A stretch of DNA of 33,970 bases from the NCBI GenBank assembly GCA_036339465.1, contig JAYZAY010000049.1, positions 1 through 33,970 of the forward strand, written 5' to 3'. A program made the position numbers and the translations under genes. The notes beneath the pieces were generated by a model. The model was not told the DNA's origin. It did not search any database and saw nothing but the letters and a program-made list of their open reading frames with translations. The DNA is from Myxococcota bacterium. GTDB taxonomy: Bacteria; Myxococcota; XYA12-FULL-58-9; JABJBS01. Positions 27,746 to 33,970 of the stretch are shown here, one piece after another. Within the stretch, counting starts at the first letter, position 1; each line of letters opens with the position of its first letter.

Positions 27746-29416
27746 ATGGAAAAACTAAGACTCATTGTGTCAAACGGGCGGTACTCCCTGGGCGACGGTC
27801 TAAAAACATGGCTAAATGATGAGTCTTTATCAAGATTTAAAGAAGAGTTTACCCATTATCACCGGCAAGCGACCAGCCAACGCCACCTTATTTTAGGGGC
27901 GGGAGACCTAAGCTGGGTCCCCGAAACCGATCAAGTTTTCATCATCTACGAACCAAACCACAAAATCATCGAAGACCTACAACAGGCATTTCCAGAAAGG
28001 TCTGCATGCTCCAAGATCAAGCTTGTTTCCAATATGGACCAATTGCGGCCAATCCTTCACGACACCGATGAAAACATCGTCAAATCCATGGGCACTTTCA
28101 GCTTTTCCTCTTATGCCCAGCGGTACCCAGATTTGGTGCAAAAGCTCTCAGTCCAAGCCGACCACGCCAACGCTCAAGCGCGACTGCAAAAGATTGCGCT
28201 TCGAGAAATCACGAACAAACAATTTCAAGCCGCAAAAAACTTGAGCCTAGTTCTCCAAAGACCCTACTCCCATTGGATGAATCTCCTTTTCCAAAATGTA
28301 CCCGCCGTAATTGTGGGAGCCGGTCCCTCCCTCGACTATGTGATTCCCATATTAAAGAAATATCAAGATTCGATTTTTATTTTTTCAACCTTCACTTCAA
28401 CCAAATCACTGGTCCAAGCTGGGATTTCTCCACATTTCGTCGTCAGTTTGGAACACAGATACCTCCGATATGCATCAAACGGGGTGGCCACAGAGCATAT
28501 CGATTTACTCGCCAGTTCCTGGACCCACCCTAATAGCCTAAGTGAAAACTATCGAAGCCAGACCATGTTGGCGCATGATGCTGACCCATTTTTTCATCTC
28601 CTATTCCCCAATGCCAACTTCCCTACCCTATGCGCCGGCGCAAACGTTTCCTGTAGCGCCCTATTGCTCGCTTGCTACATGGGCATGAACCCCATTATCC
28701 TCGCCGGGCAAGATTTGGGCTATCGGTCAGGCAAGACCTACGCTCAAGGAAGTAACTACGGGAGCTTTAAATACCAAATATCAAAAAGCAGCGACGGCGT
28801 GACCTACATAGAATTTCCCGACCAGCCCCACATCACAAAGACACTCGACAAACTTTCATCCCAAGACTCACGTCCTGGAGAACAATTTACCCGGCGAAGC
28901 GTGGTCCCAGTGCCCAGTAGCACCAACGAAACCGTCTACGCTACTTTTCAACATACCTTCGCGCGTCAGTGGCTAGAGGAGTTTGCAAAGAGGCCTAAAG
29001 CAGTTTCTGGGAAACTCCAATTATTCAACGCCAGTCAGGGAGGCGGAATCATCCAAGGTTTTGAAGATATCGAATTAGGCTCTTTTATGGAAAGCTATGA
29101 AAACCCCCTCAGAAGCGCGGGTGCCATGCTGCACCGGGCCCGCGCCATGCACCAAGACGAAGGGCTTCCCAGCCTTGAGGCTCAAGTTAATTGTATTGAT
29201 ACCCTCCAAAAATACGCGACCTATTTACGGCAGCGCTCCATACGTGCACTTGATGACAAATTCCAAGAACTAGACCGGTTATTTTTTCCTAGCCTCATCC
29301 TATGTCGAGGGTACTTAAATGATAAAGAAATGGACGAACTGGAAGTGGCTCAAAATAAATTGGCCGATATATTGCTCCAAAGCATCCAGAAAATTCGCTT
29401 GGAACATCTGAAATAA
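27746..29416 (+). CDS. Maf (motility-associated factor)/DUF115 family glycosyltransferase
   Basis: PAVIVGAGPSLD, GISPHFVVSLE, GANVS...A.YMG.NPIILAGQDL.Y, FNASQGG..I.G. Confidence 0.82.
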   Translation: MEKLRLIVSNGRYSLGDGLKTWLNDESLSRFKEEFTHYHRQATSQRHLILGAGDLSWVPETDQVFIIYEPNHKIIEDLQQAFPERSACSKIKLVSNMDQLRPILHDTDENIVKSMGTFSFSSYAQRYPDLVQKLSVQADHANAQARLQKIALREITNKQFQAAKNLSLVLQRPYSHWMNLLFQNVPAVIVGAGPSLDYVIPILKKYQDSIFIFSTFTSTKSLVQAGISPHFVVSLEHRYLRYASNGVATEHIDLLASSWTHPNSLSENYRSQTMLAHDADPFFHLLFPNANFPTLCAGANVSCSALLLACYMGMNPIILAGQDLGYRSGKTYAQGSNYGSFKYQISKSSDGVTYIEFPDQPHITKTLDKLSSQDSRPGEQFTRRSVVPVPSSTNETVYATFQHTFARQWLEEFAKRPKAVSGKLQLFNASQGGGIIQGFEDIELGSFMESYENPLRSAGAMLHRARAMHQDEGLPSLEAQVNCIDTLQKYATYLRQRSIRALDDKFQELDRLFFPSLILCRGYLNDKEMDELEVAQNKLADILLQSIQKIRLEHLK

Positions 29417-29622
29417 TATGCCCGACATTGCTCAAACCCGCGCCTCAGAATTTTGAACATACTCACGATACGAACCACGCTGCTTATTTAAATATCTCTC
29501 CAGCAAACACAATAAGCATGTGGCCGCGGACCATAGGCCTTTTGACCCTGCCGCGGCCGATGAATTCAAGTGAAAGTTCTGGGTCACTTTCACTTGACAA
29601 ACCCATGGAATAATTACCGGTT

Positions 29623-30546
29623 CTACTCCGGCTTGATGATCGTGGCGTCGCGGATCTCTTGTCCCCAAGTATTTTTCGCCGATTGATTGGCCAAGACAGG
29701 GATTAGGAAGGGAGCATCTAAAACGTTCGCAGGCTCAATCACATCGGTATCAAGAAGGCCTGGTACTGTTACATCGATCGTCTCAAACACCGGCTCTTCA
29801 CCGGTCGCTGCTTTTAAAAACTCAAGGGCCAATTCAGTGCAATAATACTCATTGTCACCGGCCGAAAAATCATAATCGTATTCAGAACCGACAAATTCTT
29901 CAATCGCCTTGAGGCCCTTCTGAATCTGCTCTGGCTTCAAATCAGGATTACGCACAACCACATAGGTATCACGTTCATAACGGTCTAGAAAACCCGTCAG
30001 TGTCTCTTTCAAAACACCCACCAACTCTGTCTTGGGGCCAAATCCAAAATATCTTTTCGCATTGTCTAAAAAAGACCCAGAAACGCCGAGCATGGTGTTC
30101 TGAGTCGCCATGCTATGGATGATTTCATCGTAGCCAACATACATACTTAAGTGACTCAAACCACCACCATTGCCATTAAGAATGATATCCCCAGGTTTCA
30201 AGTGTGGAAGAGCGCTCTTAATCCGCTCACCTGTAACCCTCGGTTTGCCATCAATTGAATCCGGAGATGAGCCAAATTGCCATGTGAACTTTAGTATGAA
30301 CTTGACAATCGCCTTAGCCCAGAATCGTGCATCGGAGGTTTTAAGATATTTATTCTCAATTTTCGCATTGGAAACAGACGCACTTAAGACGGTTTCATTT
30401 GCTGATTCAAAGATGTCCTCATTTAAGTGAATAGCGGAATTGGAGGTCGCATTCGAAGCTGAAAAAGGAGTACTGACCGCCGTATCTTCTTTTATCTTGT
30501 TATGGGCGTGAGGCGCGGAATTCTTGGTATTGGATACAGTGGGCAT
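29623..30546 (-). CDS. Permuted papain-like amidase (YiiX/YebB/LRAT-like NlpC/P60)
   Basis: LKPGDIIL, SHLSMYVG, IIHS, YDYDFS...YYCTELA (His precedes Cys); AAGGA RBS. Confidence 0.88.
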   Translation of the reverse strand: MPTVSNTKNSAPHAHNKIKEDTAVSTPFSASNATSNSAIHLNEDIFESANETVLSASVSNAKIENKYLKTSDARFWAKAIVKFILKFTWQFGSSPDSIDGKPRVTGERIKSALPHLKPGDIILNGNGGGLSHLSMYVGYDEIIHSMATQNTMLGVSGSFLDNAKRYFGFGPKTELVGVLKETLTGFLDRYERDTYVVVRNPDLKPEQIQKGLKAIEEFVGSEYDYDFSAGDNEYYCTELALEFLKAATGEEPVFETIDVTVPGLLDTDVIEPANVLDAPFLIPVLANQSAKNTWGQEIRDATIIKPE

Positions 30547-30631
30547 GGTGTTGTCCTTGGGAAATGAAATACCGCTCTAAATCATCGCTAAAGTTCGAGC
30601 AAAAAGGCCTTAGATTGGATCGATAAAAAAG

Positions 30632-30658
30632 TTATCGGAAACGCGTTCTCAAAGTTGT
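30632..30658 (-). promoter_or_regulatory. sigma28/FliA-like promoter (putative)
   Basis: ACAACTTT-N11-TCCGATAA, about 86 nt before ATG 30546. Confidence 0.55.
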
Positions 30659-30715
30659 GTAAAATAGGCCGAATAGAGAGAAAGACGCCACTTCTAGAAA
30701 GTCGAAAAGTCTCTA

Positions 30716-32371
30716 TTAATTACCAATACAACGCACCTTTCTAAACCTCCTGGAATCCAGAAGCGCCCTTAGGGACGTCCGATCAATTTTGCTATTGTGG
30801 CGGCCATCCACAGGCATCATTTGAATTGTTTTCACCGGGACGTCATCAAAAGAAGACAACGACAAGACCTTTTGGGCCTGCTCAAAAACATCGCCAGCCG
30901 CCTCTGGATTTGGCTCTATCACCACAATACCTTCCGGAAACATTTCAGACCGGATAAAAGCTGCTCGCCGCACCCAAGTTTGTGCCTCTAAAGCCACTTC
31001 CACAGGATAGGGATGGTGGGTCTTGTTGCCATAGGGAACAATGTCTTTGAGACGACCAACCAACCAAATTCTATCCTCCTCGTCCCAATACCCTAGGTCT
31101 CCTGTACGGTGCCACACCTTACCATCATGGTCTTTTAGCTTGTTCTCACGAGTCGCTTCCTCATCATCCACGTAGCCTTGATTCACATGGTCCCCCGCCA
31201 CCAAAACTTCTCCGATTTGTCCTTTGGCGACTCTATATTTCCCGATCCCATTTTCATCCAAAACAGGATTGGCCTCGGGCAAGTTAACCAATTCTAATTT
31301 GGCGACCCCGCATTCATGACCACAAAGATAGCCATCACCTTGAGCATCAAGAACTTCCGAAACATGCACATGAGCCATAGGCTCTGCTTCCGTGGACCCA
31401 TAAAGAACCAAGCCATTGATTCCAGGATAGGCCTCACACAAGATCTTGCAAACATCCCTTGACACTGGAGCGCCGCCGACGGCAAGACTCTCAAGACTCT
31501 CGACACATTCGCTTTTATCGAGAACATACTTCGCAACCTTTTCCATGTAGGCCGGTGCACCCGATATATTGGTAACCCCCCATTTTCTCATGTAGGCCAC
31601 GACCACTTTGGCATCGGCCTCGGCCGGCTTCGCAAAATCAATCGGCGGCAAAACGGTGGTCACCCCGCGACATAAGCCAACGAGTGCAGCCACTGGAAAT
31701 CCCGGCATATCCACAAGTTTTAGGTGGTCACCTTCGATAGGATAAGTCTCAACAATGGCTTTATATTGCTGAAATAGATGGCCGTGATTTCGGTCCGCCC
31801 CTTTTGGGCGCCCAGTACTTCCCGACGTAAAAGTGATGAGACATTCATCCTCTGCTGCCCTCGGTAAAACTTCTCCCGCCTTCGAAGCATCACCCAAGAG
31901 AGAATCAAATCGTCTTACTCCACATCCCTGACTATCCATGGAAAACTTCACGGGTATTTTCCACAAAGTCGGCACCACAAAACGAAAACGTAAAAGCGCT
32001 TTGACAGTCACAATGGCCTTGGGTTTACTCAGCTGAATCGCGTGCTTAATTCGCTTCGTCCCCATGCCCGCATCCACAAAAACCGCCGTTAGACCCGAAG
32101 CCATCAAGGCCATGACAAAAGCATAAAAATCAGCTGACAATGGCCGCAATAACAAGACGCGGTCTCCTATTTCAAACCCCTGCGCCTTCAGCCCCCCCCG
32201 AAAGCTTTGCACCATCTTCCAAAGCTCGCCATAAGATATCGATTCCTCCTCGGAAACTTCTTTTTGAGCCCAAGCTTTGGGGAAAACAATGGCTCGGTGC
32301 TCTGGTGCCTGCTCTGCAAAATGTTGAAGGATTGATGCGATATTTCCTGTTTGGGGGACAATCACTGCCAT
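30716..32371 (-). CDS. AMP-dependent ligase, OleC (beta-lactone synthetase)-like
   Basis: ITFTSGSTGRPKG, YGSTEAEP, WHRTGDLG, PVDGRHNSKIDR; GGAGAG before ATG 32371. Confidence 0.85.
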   Translation of the reverse strand: MAVIVPQTGNIASILQHFAEQAPEHRAIVFPKAWAQKEVSEEESISYGELWKMVQSFRGGLKAQGFEIGDRVLLLRPLSADFYAFVMALMASGLTAVFVDAGMGTKRIKHAIQLSKPKAIVTVKALLRFRFVVPTLWKIPVKFSMDSQGCGVRRFDSLLGDASKAGEVLPRAAEDECLITFTSGSTGRPKGADRNHGHLFQQYKAIVETYPIEGDHLKLVDMPGFPVAALVGLCRGVTTVLPPIDFAKPAEADAKVVVAYMRKWGVTNISGAPAYMEKVAKYVLDKSECVESLESLAVGGAPVSRDVCKILCEAYPGINGLVLYGSTEAEPMAHVHVSEVLDAQGDGYLCGHECGVAKLELVNLPEANPVLDENGIGKYRVAKGQIGEVLVAGDHVNQGYVDDEEATRENKLKDHDGKVWHRTGDLGYWDEEDRIWLVGRLKDIVPYGNKTHHPYPVEVALEAQTWVRRAAFIRSEMFPEGIVVIEPNPEAAGDVFEQAQKVLSLSSFDDVPVKTIQMMPVDGRHNSKIDRTSLRALLDSRRFRKVRCIGN

Positions 32372-32399
32372 AGCTCTCTCCAATACCGACTGTCGTGTG

Positions 32400-33404
32400 T
32401 TAATGAGACTTCAAAATTAAGCTATCGAGTTTGCCTCTCCAGAGCTTCATGATTTCATCGGCTTGAGTTGCGTCCCTCGTTAGAGCGGGATGCGTTACCA
32501 CCGTGAGATTCAACGCCCTACGCCAACTCATCACCGAAGCCCCAATGGGAATTGATTTCAAAACCAAAGTGCGAACTATCCACCGAGTTTCCGTAGCGCC
32601 CTCTGGCAACGCTTTCGCATCCATTGTTGGCCAGTTTCCAACATTCGTAAATGCACCACACCAAGGAAAACCTTCCCTGCGTAAATAACCTTGCAAACGC
32701 TTCCGGGCTTTTTCCCTCTGGGAAGCTTTCAAGAGCGTATAGGCATACCAAGCCCGCCAATGTGACTGAGATTTAAGCTCGGTCTTAATAGCCTCATGCA
32801 CATCCACAGGCGCCACACCCACAGGCATTCGTACGGGTAAGTAGGATGAGTGATTCACATAAGGGTTTTTTCGTTGAATGGGTCCGCGCATATTGACGGG
32901 CATGAGCCAAAAACGGTCGTCTCCTCCCTCCATAAGCTCGTCTGAAACCACCGAATTCAGCGCCCATAGAAGCAAGGAATTGGTAGAAACTCGGACCCTT
33001 TTCGCATAGTCGTTCAATGCGTCTGTTTCTTCATGGGTAAAAATTGTCCAAGCAATGCCGCTGGGCTGAGTTGGTTCTTTCTCTGAAGGATACCAATGGG
33101 AATCAAATGACTTCCATCGACATAAATTTTTGTTTCGTCGAAATAGATTGCTGTATTTCAGCCAGAACCGGGCGCAATAACCGGGCTCTTCTTTATCCCG
33201 CATTTTGGGCAACTCGCCTACTTTAATACCACGTTCAGAGAGGTGTTTGGCAATTCCTCCAAGTCCATCATAGTCAACATGAGAAAACATCGTCCAGTCA
33301 AGATCTGTGGCGCCATCATCAATGGGAGCAAACCCCACATCCACACACTCGCCGATATCTCTCATCAACTCCCACCACATTCTACTCGCATCAAAATCGG
33401 CCAT
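32400..33404 (-). CDS. Stand-alone condensation-like CoA-dependent acyltransferase
   Basis: SHVDYDGLGG (HxxxDG), VSTNSLLLWAL, MPVNMRG, NHSS, FTNVGNW. Confidence 0.75.
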   Translation of the reverse strand: MADFDASRMWWELMRDIGECVDVGFAPIDDGATDLDWTMFSHVDYDGLGGIAKHLSERGIKVGELPKMRDKEEPGYCARFWLKYSNLFRRNKNLCRWKSFDSHWYPSEKEPTQPSGIAWTIFTHEETDALNDYAKRVRVSTNSLLLWALNSVVSDELMEGGDDRFWLMPVNMRGPIQRKNPYVNHSSYLPVRMPVGVAPVDVHEAIKTELKSQSHWRAWYAYTLLKASQREKARKRLQGYLRREGFPWCGAFTNVGNWPTMDAKALPEGATETRWIVRTLVLKSIPIGASVMSWRRALNLTVVTHPALTRDATQADEIMKLWRGKLDSLILKSH

Positions 33405-33970
33405 GATAACTTTTTACACTCCCATCACACATTATGAAATTTACATAGACAGGAGCAAGTCATCCGTTCTCCAGGGTGTTCGAGTTCTAAATGTTGACTT
33501 GTTTGGGGCGTTTGAAACTGGAGTTGCAACGAAAAAATGGACACATTCATTCGGCAATGAAGGCAACATTCTTGAGCTCATACTCGTTTTCAAAATGAAT
33601 GGGATTTATCTCGCCTCCCTTTTGGCTGCAGGCTTCAAATGAAGTGTGTGGCTTTTTTTAAGAAGACCTACCACCGCCAAGCAGCCAACCAAGGCATAGG
33701 GCCGGTTGCCTGGTAAATACTGCAGAACTCACTGAATCCAAACTCCCGCCAAAGAAATTCACCAAGCATTCGGGCGCAATTTGAGCTCTTTGTGGGTAAA
33801 CTCTCTCCAAGAAACACAATCAACACCTGACCGCGGGCCATAGGCCGCTTGGGCCTGCCGCGGTCGATGAACTTAAGTGGAAATTCAGGATTACTTCATT
33901 CAAACCACACCTTCATCAGGGAGAAGCCGTGGTTCTCAGAGCTCTCTTCAAGCGCAAAAGAAGAAGAAGA

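Noticed and set aside
33896..33970. 3' end of a minus-strand CDS (..FALEESSENHGFSLMKVWFE*)
   Set aside because: Only about 24 codons visible; cannot be supported.

Overview
Gene-dense bacterial chromosomal segment with about 26 intact CDSs and no recognisable rRNA, tRNA, CRISPR, transposase or phage gene. Many Cys-rich, EF-hand and repeat lipoproteins suggest a Myxococcota/deltaproteobacterium-like host (inference only). Recognisable genes: thioredoxin-domain protein, REC-CheX fusion, acyl-CoA oxidase, DUF2237, a Cys-rich lipoprotein with a MepA/LAS-type zinc peptidase tail, MscS, ddl, PDZ lipoprotein, PLD, YtoQ, LMW-PTP/ArsC, hemJ, YbeD/DUF493, OPT transporter, EF-hand and LRR-like lipoproteins, neuB plus a neuA-HAD fusion divergent from a Maf/DUF115 glycosyltransferase, a permuted NlpC/P60 enzyme, and an OleC-like ligase with a stand-alone HxxxDG acyltransferase. 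Best leads: (1) a recurring sigma28/FliA-like promoter motif before unlinked non-flagellar genes with Ser/Thr/Asn/Pro-rich N-termini and no signal peptide (candidate type III export regulon); (2) a minimal nonulosonate (possibly KDN) pathway paired with Maf; (3) an OleC-like/acyltransferase pair; (4) several gene relics hidden in intergenic DNA. All family calls come from reading motifs; no database searches were run.
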